Source of the DNA: an uncultured Spirochaetales bacterium
GTDB lineage: Bacteria; Spirochaetota; Spirochaetia; Sphaerochaetales; Sphaerochaetaceae
Length of the DNA stretch: 64,000 nt
Assembly (NCBI GenBank): GCA_949297785.1
Contig: CASFTW010000012.1
Location: forward strand, 50-64,049
Direction of reading: 5' to 3'
In this document: positions 30,843-40,345 of the stretch, piece after piece
Position numbering within the stretch: position 1 is the first letter of the stretch
How the letters are laid out: every line of letters begins with the position of its first letter
Notes under the pieces: generated by a model
The model's input: the letters and a program-made list of their open reading frames with translations, nothing else
The model's database searches: none
What the model was told of the DNA's origin: nothing
Translations under genes and position numbers: made by a program

Positions 30843-31316
30843 TTATGTGAATGAGGCGAATTTCCCTTCGCAGGCTGCTGCCAGATCCTCAGGTTTCAGC
30901 CTGAGCTGAAGTCCTCTCACTCCTGCAGAGACGTATATGTAATCCTCAAGCTGTGCAAGTTCCTCGATGTATGTCGGATATTTTCTGATCATGCCAAGCG
31001 GCGAGCAGCCTCCTCTTATGTAGCCTGTGTATTTTCTCAGAAGATCGAGCTTGAGAAGCTCAAGGCTTTTCTCTCCGGTCAGATCCTTCGCCTTTTTCAG
31101 CGATATTGTGAAAAGGGCAGGGGTGACGAATACGTATATCTGGTTTGTTGACGAGATCATCACTATGGTCTTGTACACCTTTTCGGGATCGAGTCCAGCC
31201 TTTGCACTTGCGCTCATGGCATCAAGATGATTTTCATCAACCTCATATTCAGCTGTGGAATACTCAATGTGCTTCTGATCAAGAAGCCTCATCGCATTTG
31301 TCTTCTTTTCATTCAT
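30843..31316 (-). CDS. ybaK: Cys-tRNA(Pro) deacylase
   Basis: KTNAMRLLD, VYKTIV, TGYIRGGCSPLG, VSAGVRG. Confidence 0.93.
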   Translation of the reverse strand: MNEKKTNAMRLLDQKHIEYSTAEYEVDENHLDAMSASAKAGLDPEKVYKTIVMISSTNQIYVFVTPALFTISLKKAKDLTGEKSLELLKLDLLRKYTGYIRGGCSPLGMIRKYPTYIEELAQLEDYIYVSAGVRGLQLRLKPEDLAAACEGKFASFT

Positions 31317-31448
31317 GATCTGAAAAATAGCCCAAGGCAGGATAAATGAAAAGATGTCAGCATTTCTTGTGAAAACTTTGTGAAGTCTGCTGAACGTTTT
31401 TCATCCAGTATTGGAACAAAAACGAACTTTGGCTATCATTGGCGTACA

Positions 31449-32981
31449 ATGAAAAGAACAAAGATATTCTTCATTTTCCTGATTATCGCAGCACTGCTCG
31501 TATCATGCGGCGGCTCTGAAAAGGAGAGCGGTGCGGTCTCTTCTTCCGGTGACGGCGTAAACTCAGGTGAGACAAGGACTACTGTGCGCATGGCAGTTGC
31601 TGTCGATCCTGACGGGCTTGATCCTCACATGAGTGCCAGCGCGAGCACATTCCAGGTCACAAGCAGCATTTACGAGACACTTGTCAGTGTTGATGAAAGC
31701 GGAAACATAATACCGTCTCTCGCCGCAGACTGGCAGGTTTCACCCGACGGTCTGACGCTTACCTTTGACATAAGGGATGATGCGGTATTCTCGAACGGGA
31801 ATATATGCGATGCTGAAGCAGTCGCCGCATCTTTCAACCGTCTTGTCAGTCCGGAAAGCTACAGAAGCGGTGATTACAGCGAGATTGAGTCCGTCAGGGC
31901 ACTTGATGAAGATACGCTTGAGATAAAGTTCTCAAGCCTCAACACCTCGGCGCTTTCCCTGTTCGCATATCCATGGTCTGCCATTGTTGATGTGAGTTCT
32001 GCTGACAGCCTGAGGACGGCTCCTGTGGGCAGCGGGCCGTTCATGCTTGAAAGCTGGATTCCACAGCAGAAACTCACACTTGTGAGAAATCCTCATTACA
32101 GCGGAGAGAACCACATTGAAAGAGTTGAGTTCATCTTCATGCCGGATATGACGAGTCAGGTTACCGCTCTGCAGGGCGGAAGTGTGGACATAATCCAGAT
32201 CACAGGAGATCTTGTGGGACAGTTTGAGAATAATGATTCTTACAGAATTCTCGCCCTTCCTGTCAACGGTATCCAGCTCATGGCCATGAACACAGCATCT
32301 GACGGTCTTGATGACATAAGGGTGAGACAGGCTGTGAACTATGCCGTGGACAAAGAGAGTCTCATTGATGCGGTATGGTACGGATACGGAGAGGAGATCG
32401 GCTCCCATTTTCCCGTCGTGCTTTCCGAGTACAAGGATGAGAACGGACGGTATCCATATGATCCTGACAAGGCAGGGCAGCTTCTCATTGAAGCCGGTTA
32501 TGAAGACGGCCTTACCCTTGATATGTATCTTCCCAAGAACTATCAGGAATATGTGAATGCAGGACTTGTCATTGCAAACCAGCTTGAGGCTGCAGGCATC
32601 AGTGTCAATGTCCACATAGTGGAGTGGGCCGCATGGCTGAGCGACATCTACACGGGACGCAATTACGATCTGACAGTTGTCGGACATACCGGCCGTCTTG
32701 ATGCATATTCGCTTCTCTCACGTTACAGGAGCACTGCCGCAGAGAACTATTTCAACTATGACAATCCTGAATTCGACAGCCTTCTTGATGCATATACAGT
32801 ATGTGTGGATGAGGAGGAGAGAAAGGAGATCGCCTTCCGCATGCAGGAGATTCTCAGCGAGGACGTGCCGGCACTTTACATTCAGGATCCGATCCAGATT
32901 TACGTTACGCGGGGCGATCTGTCAGGTTTCACGATTTTCCCGATTAACATTTTCAAGTTCAATGAGGTACAATTCATATAG
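31449..32981 (+). CDS. ABC transporter substrate-binding lipoprotein, family 5 (peptide/nickel type)
   Basis: Lipobox LLVSC; IYETLV, LAADW, PVGSGPF, RVRQAVNYAVD. Confidence 0.93.
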   Translation: MKRTKIFFIFLIIAALLVSCGGSEKESGAVSSSGDGVNSGETRTTVRMAVAVDPDGLDPHMSASASTFQVTSSIYETLVSVDESGNIIPSLAADWQVSPDGLTLTFDIRDDAVFSNGNICDAEAVAASFNRLVSPESYRSGDYSEIESVRALDEDTLEIKFSSLNTSALSLFAYPWSAIVDVSSADSLRTAPVGSGPFMLESWIPQQKLTLVRNPHYSGENHIERVEFIFMPDMTSQVTALQGGSVDIIQITGDLVGQFENNDSYRILALPVNGIQLMAMNTASDGLDDIRVRQAVNYAVDKESLIDAVWYGYGEEIGSHFPVVLSEYKDENGRYPYDPDKAGQLLIEAGYEDGLTLDMYLPKNYQEYVNAGLVIANQLEAAGISVNVHIVEWAAWLSDIYTGRNYDLTVVGHTGRLDAYSLLSRYRSTAAENYFNYDNPEFDSLLDAYTVCVDEEERKEIAFRMQEILSEDVPALYIQDPIQIYVTRGDLSGFTIFPINIFKFNEVQFI

Positions 32982-32997
32982 AGAGAACTGAAAGACA

Positions 32998-33954
32998 GTG
33001 GGAAAGTATGTAGTCAGAAGACTCGGGGCAGCCATTGCCGTAATGCTCCTGGTCAGTATCATAACCTTCATCGCATTGTCCGTGATACCGGGCAATGCAG
33101 CGCTCATAGCACTTGGCACCGAGGCAAGCGCCGCTTCGCTGGATGCGGTGAGCAGTGATCTCGGGCTTGATCAGAGTTTCCTCTCACGTCTCTTCTCATA
33201 CTACAAAGGACTCCTGACTTTTGATTTCGGCACTTCAAGCTATTTCGGTCAGGATGTGTGGATTCTGATACTCCAGCGCCTGCCGCTTACACTCTCTCTG
33301 GCCCTGCTGTCCCTTCTTGCCGCATTCGTCCTCTCCATTCTGCTTGGCTGTGCGGCCGCAATATACAGGGGAAGTTTCATCGATGCGTTTTCAAGGGTTA
33401 TTGTCCAGCTTTCAGCTTCTCTCCCGTCTTTCTGGCTTTCACTGCTTCTTCTGCTTTTCTCCTCCCGTGTGCTCGGTTTTTCCCAGGCGGGAAGCTATGT
33501 GAGCATGAGCGAGAGCCTGCCTCTTTTCCTCAAGTCAATAAGCCTTGCCGTAATAGTGCTTGCAGTCGGCGAAAGCGGTCCGCTGCTGCGTATTGTGAGG
33601 ATTTCTATGATCAGTGCCATGGGTGAAGACTGGTTCACTGCATGTCTTGTCAAGGGTCTTTCAAAGAGGAAAGCCGTGTTCTCCTATGCACTGCGCAGTG
33701 CGCTGAGCGCTCCGGTAAGTCTGACGGGACTTCAGCTTGCGAAACTGCTGGGCGGTACGGCGATAGTCGAGTCAATATTCGCCCTTCCGGGACTCGGAAG
33801 GCTTTTCCTGACGGCAGTCGAGATGAGGGATCTCAATCTGGTGCAGGGCATAGTGATCTTCGTATCATTCGCAGTTGTAATGATGAACCTGCTGACAGAT
33901 CTTCTGCTCAAGGCTGTGATAAGTCCGGCTTCTGTTTCGGGAGGCAAAGGATGA
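32998..33954 (+). CDS. ABC permease, DppB/OppB-like
   Basis: DFGTS, RLPLTL, IVESIFALPGLG.L..A…RD motifs. Confidence 0.92.
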   Translation: MGKYVVRRLGAAIAVMLLVSIITFIALSVIPGNAALIALGTEASAASLDAVSSDLGLDQSFLSRLFSYYKGLLTFDFGTSSYFGQDVWILILQRLPLTLSLALLSLLAAFVLSILLGCAAAIYRGSFIDAFSRVIVQLSASLPSFWLSLLLLLFSSRVLGFSQAGSYVSMSESLPLFLKSISLAVIVLAVGESGPLLRIVRISMISAMGEDWFTACLVKGLSKRKAVFSYALRSALSAPVSLTGLQLAKLLGGTAIVESIFALPGLGRLFLTAVEMRDLNLVQGIVIFVSFAVVMMNLLTDLLLKAVISPASVSGGKG

Positions 33955-34763
33955 GGAAGAGATTCAGCTTTTCACTTGTCGCAGGAATCATCCTGACGGG
34001 ACTGATCGCTCTGCTGAGCATGATATCGGTTTTCTACACACCGTATGACGGTGAGGCGATGGACCTCATGAACAGATTCTCACTCCCGAGTGCACAACAT
34101 CTTCTGGGAACGGACCATTTCGGCCGTGATATATTGTCGAGAGTCATGGATGCATGCCGCAGGGCGCTCTCAGGCGGACTTTTCTCAGTTACGCTGGGCA
34201 GCCTGCTGGGCATTATGCTGGGTCTTGCCGCATCGCTTTCAGGCAGGAAGACAAGGGAACTTCTCATGAGGTTCACTGATGCGCTTGCAGCCTTTCCGAC
34301 CATACTTACGGCACTGATGCTCGCAGCTGTGCTGGGACGCGGGCTGCTTCCTTCCGTCGCCGCCATCTGCATTTACATGATCCCTTCATTCTCACGTCTT
34401 ACCCTGTCCATGGCAGATGAAGCCGGGAGCAGACTTTATATAAAAGCAGCCGTGAGCTACAACGTTCCCTCAGGACGTCTCATACTGTTTCACCTGCTGC
34501 CGCCTCTTTGCTCACGACTCCTCACACAGTTCACGTCCTCGATAGGAAGTGCGATTCTGCTTGAATCTTCCCTGTCCTTCCTCGGGCTTGGAATACAGCC
34601 GCCATCATCATCACTGGGCATGATGCTGAGCGAAGCCAGGAACTATATACTCACGCATCCTTATCAGGCAGTTCCCTCAGGTGCGGCTCTGATGATCATG
34701 CTGCTGGGTTTCAATCTTCTCGGAGATGGTATAAACAATATGTTCGGAGACCGCCATGCCTGA
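33951..34763 (+). CDS. ABC permease, DppC/OppC-like
   Basis: HLLGTDHFGRDILSR, ESSLSFLGLGIQPP, FNLLGDG; start at ATG 33951, overlapping the upstream stop. Confidence 0.92.
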   Translation: MRKRFSFSLVAGIILTGLIALLSMISVFYTPYDGEAMDLMNRFSLPSAQHLLGTDHFGRDILSRVMDACRRALSGGLFSVTLGSLLGIMLGLAASLSGRKTRELLMRFTDALAAFPTILTALMLAAVLGRGLLPSVAAICIYMIPSFSRLTLSMADEAGSRLYIKAAVSYNVPSGRLILFHLLPPLCSRLLTQFTSSIGSAILLESSLSFLGLGIQPPSSSLGMMLSEARNYILTHPYQAVPSGAALMIMLLGFNLLGDGINNMFGDRHA

Positions 34764-35700
34764 TATCCTCACGATTGATGATCTTTATGTCGAAGACAGA
34801 AGCGCCGCAATTCTTGCAGGTGTGTGTCTGCACGTGAAAGAAGGGGAGAGGGTGGCGCTCGTCGGAGAGTCCGGGTGCGGCAAGACAATGACGCTGCGCA
34901 CCCTGCTGCACATGCTGCCGGAGGATGTGGGAATAAGAAGCGGAAGTATTCAATTCAAAGGAACTGACGTGCTTTCCCTGAATGGGAGGAAAAGACGTGA
35001 TCTTCTTTACAGGCAGCTCGGCTTTGTCGGACAGAACACAGCTGAAAACCTTCATCCTCTTCTGAAAGTCGGCAGACAGCTCACCGATTTCTACCGTGAA
35101 ATCCACAAATGCAGCAGACAGGAAGCCATGTCAAGGGCGGAAAAGCTCCTTGTATCCCTTTCTCTTGATGACACGTCAAGAATCCTCTCTTCCTATCCGG
35201 GAGAGCTTTCCGGAGGCATGAGACAGAGGGTGAGCATTGCCATCGCGCTGATGAATGGAACGGAATTCCTGATTGCGGATGAACCCACATCTGCACTTGA
35301 TGCTTCCGTACGGGAGCAGATAGAAGATCTGTACCTGAAGATCGCACAGAAGACGCACATGGCAATGCTGCTGGTCAGCCATGACCTGAGCTTTGTCAGA
35401 AGACTTGCCCAGAGAGTCTATGTGATGTATGCGGGAAAGATCGTCGAGGAAGGCCTTGCCGGTGAAATATTCTCATCTCCGCGTCATCCGTACACAAAAG
35501 CCCTGATCGCGCTTTCGGACATAAGGAACAAAAGCCGTGATGAGGATCTTGACGAACTGGGTGGCTATGTGCCGCGCGAGGGGCGTGATGACCCCCGCTG
35601 TGCATTTCTCTCCCGCTGTGCCTCGAGCTGTGCCGGATGCACAAAGCCGCTTGAGTACAGGAAGCTTTCCCAGACACATTATGTGAGGTGCATACTGTGA
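34756..35700 (+). CDS. ABC ATPase, DppD/OppD-like
   Basis: Walker A GESGCGKT, LSGGMRQR, ADEPTSALD, HPYT and Cys-rich tail. Confidence 0.93.
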   Translation: MPDILTIDDLYVEDRSAAILAGVCLHVKEGERVALVGESGCGKTMTLRTLLHMLPEDVGIRSGSIQFKGTDVLSLNGRKRRDLLYRQLGFVGQNTAENLHPLLKVGRQLTDFYREIHKCSRQEAMSRAEKLLVSLSLDDTSRILSSYPGELSGGMRQRVSIAIALMNGTEFLIADEPTSALDASVREQIEDLYLKIAQKTHMAMLLVSHDLSFVRRLAQRVYVMYAGKIVEEGLAGEIFSSPRHPYTKALIALSDIRNKSRDEDLDELGGYVPREGRDDPRCAFLSRCASSCAGCTKPLEYRKLSQTHYVRCIL

Positions 35701-36404
35701 GCATACTGAGCTGTGAACATGTTGCGATGAAATTCAGGACAAGGGGAGATGAGAATACATTCAGCGCCCTGAAAGATGTCAGCTTCCGTCTTGAAAAGGG
35801 CGAGAGCGCCGGTATTGTCGGCCCATCCGGAAGCGGGAAATCGACTCTTGCGGAGATCCTCGGCGGCCTTGAGAAGCCCAGCAGCGGAGAAGTGTTTTTC
35901 AATGGCAGAAGCCTTTCTTCAATGAAAGGGGATGAACTTAAGGATTTCCACAGGAACGTCCAGTATATTTTCCAGGATCCGAAGGCAAGCATGAATCCCT
36001 TTTTCACCATCGGGAAGGTGCTCAGTGAGCCTGTCAGGATAAACTTCCCCTCTCTCTGTGATGAGGATATAAATGAAAGGATTGAAATCCTGCTTGAGAG
36101 GCTTTCCCTTCCGTCCTGGATTCTCAAGCGCAGACCGTACGAGGTGTCCGGCGGACAGGCCCAGAGAATCGTCATCGCAAGGGCTCTGCTGCTGGAGAGC
36201 GAAGTCATAATAGCGGATGAGCCGACTTCCAGCCTTGATATTTCCGTGCAGGCCCAGATAATAAACCTGATGAGGCATATCAGGAGGGACAGAGGCACGT
36301 CTTTCATCTTCATAAGCCATGATCTTGATCTTGTCCGCTACTTCTCCGACAGGGTTTACAGGATGGAGGACGGTGTCCTGACGGAGGAAGCTGCAGATGA
36401 TTAA
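35688..36404 (+). CDS. ABC ATPase, DppF/OppF-like (short)
   Basis: GPSGSGKS, QYIFQDP, VSGGQAQR, ADEPTSSLD, ISHDL. Confidence 0.92.
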   Translation: MHTVSILSCEHVAMKFRTRGDENTFSALKDVSFRLEKGESAGIVGPSGSGKSTLAEILGGLEKPSSGEVFFNGRSLSSMKGDELKDFHRNVQYIFQDPKASMNPFFTIGKVLSEPVRINFPSLCDEDINERIEILLERLSLPSWILKRRPYEVSGGQAQRIVIARALLLESEVIIADEPTSSLDISVQAQIINLMRHIRRDRGTSFIFISHDLDLVRYFSDRVYRMEDGVLTEEAADD

Positions 36405-37125
36405 GCTGACTGTCATAGGGGAGTGCAGCGGCGCTCCTCTTGCATCGCATGCAACGAGCTGCTATCTGGTGGAAGGCGAGAGAACTTCCCTTATTCTGGA
36501 TATGGGATCTGCATCTCTCTCGCTTCTGAAGGGGATAAGGAATTTTGACGGCATTGAACATGTTGTGGTCTCGCATTTTCATCCGGATCATACGGCTGAC
36601 TGTGCTGTCGCTGTATATGACAGGCTGATCGCGATGCAGTGCGGCAGGGATGTGAAGCCTCTGGTCTTCCACGCTCTGGAAGAAAGAGAGCTCACTCTTC
36701 CCCCTTATTCCCGTTTCGTGAAGATCGATGAGCACAGCAGGGAGGAGATAGGGGAATTCTCCATCAGCTATATGAAGAGTGAACATCCGGTTGACTGCCT
36801 TGCCGTCAAAGTGAAGGACAGGGATGGTCATACTCTTGTGTACACGGCAGACGGCGCACTTACAGACAGGCTTGTATCATTCTCAGCCGGTGCTGACATT
36901 CTCATTGCCGAATGTTCGTTCTACCCGGACATGGGAAACAGGGGTGCTGGACATATGAATGCAAATGATGTATGTACACTTGCAGTGAAAGCTGAACCTT
37001 CCCTCATGGTGCTGTCCCATCTTCCGGTTTACGGGGAGCGTGGCATCATCCTCGATTACGTGAGTGAAAGATATGAGAAGGGGAAGGTTCTGCTTGCATC
37101 CCCTTATCTGGAGGTCAGCATATGA
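36397..37125 (+). CDS. Metallo-beta-lactamase-fold phosphodiesterase (RNase Z/YhfI-like)
   Basis: HxHxDH = SHFHPDH, plus SEHP, YTADG, AECSF, GHM and LSHL. Confidence 0.88.
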   Translation: MIKLTVIGECSGAPLASHATSCYLVEGERTSLILDMGSASLSLLKGIRNFDGIEHVVVSHFHPDHTADCAVAVYDRLIAMQCGRDVKPLVFHALEERELTLPPYSRFVKIDEHSREEIGEFSISYMKSEHPVDCLAVKVKDRDGHTLVYTADGALTDRLVSFSAGADILIAECSFYPDMGNRGAGHMNANDVCTLAVKAEPSLMVLSHLPVYGERGIILDYVSERYEKGKVLLASPYLEVSI

Positions 37126-37709
37126 TTCAGAAACTTGTTTTCATCCGTCACGGACAGAGCCGGGCCAATGCAGAGCATCTGCTTTCAGGCCATATGGACA
37201 CACCTCTGACTGAAGAGGGCAGAAAGGAACTTGAAAACCTGAGGAAAACTGTCTCATATCCTGAAACGGATCTTTATTTCTGTTCCCCGCTCAGCCGTGC
37301 CCGCGACACTTTCTCAATCCTGCTGTCCCCGCACACCCCTGTTGTGAGTGATGAATACATAGAAATCAACTTTGGATCTCTGGAAGGCTCATTTGTGGAA
37401 AGTCCGGAAGCCAGCCGCAGATACTTCAGGAACTGGGTCCATGACAGGAGGCTTGCGGATGAGGAGACCTACAGCGATGTCGCTTTGCGTAGCGTGAAGG
37501 CGATGAATCATACGCTTGATATCCTGAAGGGAAAAGGCCTTTCAAGCGCGACGATCGTCTCCCACTCGGGTTTCCTGCGTGTATACATCATAGAGACATT
37601 CTCTCTTGAGCGGGAAAGCTTCCTCGATATTGAAGCACCGAACGGACTTGGATACATTTTCACATATGAAGACGGAAAGCCCGTTTCATACCGCCCGATA
37701 GTCAGCTGA
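37122..37709 (+). CDS. Histidine phosphatase family protein
   Basis: RHG motif FIRHGQS, SPLSRA, EINFGSLEG, VSHSG. Confidence 0.92.
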   Translation: MIQKLVFIRHGQSRANAEHLLSGHMDTPLTEEGRKELENLRKTVSYPETDLYFCSPLSRARDTFSILLSPHTPVVSDEYIEINFGSLEGSFVESPEASRRYFRNWVHDRRLADEETYSDVALRSVKAMNHTLDILKGKGLSSATIVSHSGFLRVYIIETFSLERESFLDIEAPNGLGYIFTYEDGKPVSYRPIVS

Positions 37710-38193
37710 GCTTCCTCTCAAACGCAAGGCGCTCATCTCCGGTTTCAATGTATATTGTCCCGCTTTCCCTGAAGCCGTGTTTTTCCAGAAGGTGGCGCAT
37801 GATGACATTGTCGCGGTGTGTGTCTATCCTTATGTACGGACACTGCCGGGACGCATAGGAGAGGATGAAACCGAGCATTCCCCTGAGTCTTCCGTCCTGG
37901 GCCACGCGGTGGATCACGATATACTCATCATCGTATTTCCATGCACCGTCCGTTATGATGCTGTAGGTGGGATCTTTCTCCTTTGCCATGTAGAACGTGC
38001 CGTGTACAGCCCCGTCATCGCCTTTCACGAGGTATACGCAGTTCCTTTCTATTTCCTCTTCCGTCGATTTCCTGTCTGGATAACCCTGAGGCCACTGCTT
38101 TGTGTTGCCGCAGCTCCTCATGATTTTCTTCGCCTCATCATACAGCGACATTATTGTTTCAATGTTTTCTATTTTAGCTCTTTCTATTTCCAT
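37702..38193 (-). CDS. GNAT-family N-acetyltransferase
   Basis: QWPQGYP, VIHRVA, IRIDTHRDNVIMRHLLEKHGF. Confidence 0.88.
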   Translation of the reverse strand: MEIERAKIENIETIMSLYDEAKKIMRSCGNTKQWPQGYPDRKSTEEEIERNCVYLVKGDDGAVHGTFYMAKEKDPTYSIITDGAWKYDDEYIVIHRVAQDGRLRGMLGFILSYASRQCPYIRIDTHRDNVIMRHLLEKHGFRESGTIYIETGDERLAFERKLS

Positions 38194-38279
38194 GGTTTCA
38201 ACAGTATAATTGAAACAGTGTTGAGTGTAATCTTTCTTTTTGAAAGTTGTTTGGAAAAATGTACAGGAGGTATGATATC

Positions 38280-39644
38280 TTGAAGAATCTCAATATTGAA
38301 ATTTCCGCAAAGAAGGTGAGCCTTTATACAGGCACCGTGAGAAACGATAGAATCGAGCAGGAATGCGTATACAAAGCCAAGATCAACACAATTTACAATG
38401 ACGGCACGCTTTCTGTTGATGTGGACGGACTTTTAAGGGACATAATCAGCGGACTGAGGGAAGCCGGAAGCGTTGACAGCATTACAGTGACAAGCATTCC
38501 GCATCTTCTTGTGGTCCTTGATGAGAATGATGAGATGCTCTTTCCCTGTCTCTCCGCCAGGGATGAGAAAATCGAGAGGCTCGGCAGCAATGTGATCGAT
38601 ACCCGTTCTCTTTTCGATGAGTGCGGCCTTGTCCCCGAACGTTTCAGCGCAGCCTATCAGCTGGCATCGCTGAGGATTGAAGATGCAAAGCTCTTCGAAA
38701 GGGCCTTCTCTTTCATGTTCCTTGCCGACTATATCCGTTTCGTCCTTACCGGCGTCAAGGCAACCGATTCTTCCCTTGCCCTTGCCAATGCACTGACACT
38801 GAAGGACGGTCTTACATGGAATGACAGGCTGTTTGAAAGTCTTGGAATAAACAACCTGTTCCCGTCAATAAGCGAAAGCGGAAGCCTGCTCGGCATGCTT
38901 GAAGGCGGTATGGCAAAGGAAGCGGGGTATGATGCGGGAGTGTATTCGAATCCTGCCAATGCCGTGCTGCTTGCCAGTTCCATGCTGCAGCCGCGCATGA
39001 TGATAACAAGCTATCTCGGGGGACGGATCGGGCTTGTGAACAATACGCTCATCGCCAATGATGATGTTTATGATGCAAATGGAAAGAACATAAAAGGATG
39101 CGATGGAGAGAACATCCTGCTCTTCCCGTTCCGCGGCTATGAGTTTATAAGGAAGCTCAAGAGCCAGATGCCCGGAGGCACCAGTTTCGATACCATTGAG
39201 GATATTGCGCGTTCCCACCGCACGTTTGACTACATCGATATAAGGGATGAGAGGCTCGGCAGCGGGAATAATATTGCAGAGACAGTGAATGTCATTCTCT
39301 CCGAAAGCGGCAAGGACAGCATAAGCAGCGAGGAGGCCGTAGGCCTTCTGTACAACTCCATCGCCCGTTACGCTGTTGGAATGATCAGACTGCTTGATGA
39401 GCTGGACGAATCCTCTGCTGACGAGGTCCTTGTCATCGGAGGCGCTGCGAAGGATTATTATCTGAACTCTCTTATCAGCATGCACAGCGGAAAGCAGGTC
39501 TGTGCATCTCCCGGTTTCTTCTCCTCGACTTTCGCATCTCTTTACATGCTGAAAAAGAACGGGGAAGTAGACGGCAGCCAGATCCTGCCTTACATAAAGA
39601 GGTCATACGGAATGCTGACTTTCAGGAGAAAAGACGAAGAGTGA
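38280..39644 (+). CDS. Rhamnulokinase-like FGGY-family protein with degenerate catalytic motifs
   Basis: TTG start 9 nt after AGGAGG; collinear with RhaB (ARD, YQL, DY..F.LTG, LVIGG) but lacks DxGxS, HDT and SGTW. Confidence 0.7.
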   Translation: MKNLNIEISAKKVSLYTGTVRNDRIEQECVYKAKINTIYNDGTLSVDVDGLLRDIISGLREAGSVDSITVTSIPHLLVVLDENDEMLFPCLSARDEKIERLGSNVIDTRSLFDECGLVPERFSAAYQLASLRIEDAKLFERAFSFMFLADYIRFVLTGVKATDSSLALANALTLKDGLTWNDRLFESLGINNLFPSISESGSLLGMLEGGMAKEAGYDAGVYSNPANAVLLASSMLQPRMMITSYLGGRIGLVNNTLIANDDVYDANGKNIKGCDGENILLFPFRGYEFIRKLKSQMPGGTSFDTIEDIARSHRTFDYIDIRDERLGSGNNIAETVNVILSESGKDSISSEEAVGLLYNSIARYAVGMIRLLDELDESSADEVLVIGGAAKDYYLNSLISMHSGKQVCASPGFFSSTFASLYMLKKNGEVDGSQILPYIKRSYGMLTFRRKDEE

Positions 39645-39653
39645 GTCACGTGG

Positions 39654-39681
39654 AAAGGGGAGCCGCCAGCGGCTCCTTTTT
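39654..39681. terminator. Bidirectional intrinsic terminator
   Basis: AAAGGGGAGCCG-CCAG-CGGCTCCTTTTT between convergent genes. Confidence 0.8.
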
Positions 39682-39683
39682 CA

Positions 39684-40271
39684 TCACTCCGGAAAAGAAA
39701 CGTATATCATTGTACCGCACTGCGGGCAGGTGACGTATATGCCGCCTTTATAAGAAGCTTCTCCGCTTATCACCTGGATGGTGCCGTCATCATTGAATCT
39801 GAGAACTGAAGACTGATCGATCTCTGTGAATGATGTGCCGCTGCGTCTCAGCAGTGCCCTTTCGCTGTTTGAAAGCGACGGCGTGATGTAAATCATCTCA
39901 GGTGAGAGTTTTTCAATCATCTCATCATAAGGTGGAGTGTTGAAAAGAATCAGCACGGGGGACCGTGCGCTGTAGGAAAGAGAGAAGAGGACACCGTCAA
40001 TCTCTTCCTCATCTGCACCGTACATCACGATTATGTCATGCATGTCACTTTCAAGAAGGACAACATGTGCGCTGAAACGGTTGACGAAGAATTCTCCGTC
40101 AAGAGCCCTCTTGTAGAAAACCGAGTCATCGACAATGAATTCATCGCCGCTTTCATTGCTGATGAGTGTGAAGCTTTCCCCGCCTTGATCAGGAAGTATC
40201 AGATCTGCCGAGGCAGACAGTGAAGACAGCATGAGTGCTGTCAGAATAAGGAAAAGCAATGCTTTCTTCAT
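39684..40271 (-). CDS. Hypothetical exported protein with a C-terminal CPQC
   Basis: Signal peptide MKKALLFLILTALMLSSLSA; SD GGAGG; no family recognised. Confidence 0.75.
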   Translation of the reverse strand: MKKALLFLILTALMLSSLSASADLILPDQGGESFTLISNESGDEFIVDDSVFYKRALDGEFFVNRFSAHVVLLESDMHDIIVMYGADEEEIDGVLFSLSYSARSPVLILFNTPPYDEMIEKLSPEMIYITPSLSNSERALLRRSGTSFTEIDQSSVLRFNDDGTIQVISGEASYKGGIYVTCPQCGTMIYVSFPE

Positions 40272-40345
40272 ATTTCCCTCCGTATGAAAAAAACAGTTGA
40301 AGACGTGTGGAAACAAAGAACCCGGGCTGACGGTTTTTTAGGGCC

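Noticed and set aside
33642-33950. N-terminal extension of the 373-aa permease ORF
   Set aside because: It overlaps the preceding permease out of frame; similarity starts at ATG 33951.
35396-36313. 305-aa minus-strand ORF
   Set aside because: Antisense shadow of the two ABC ATPases, with no motifs; the same applies to most short track ORFs.
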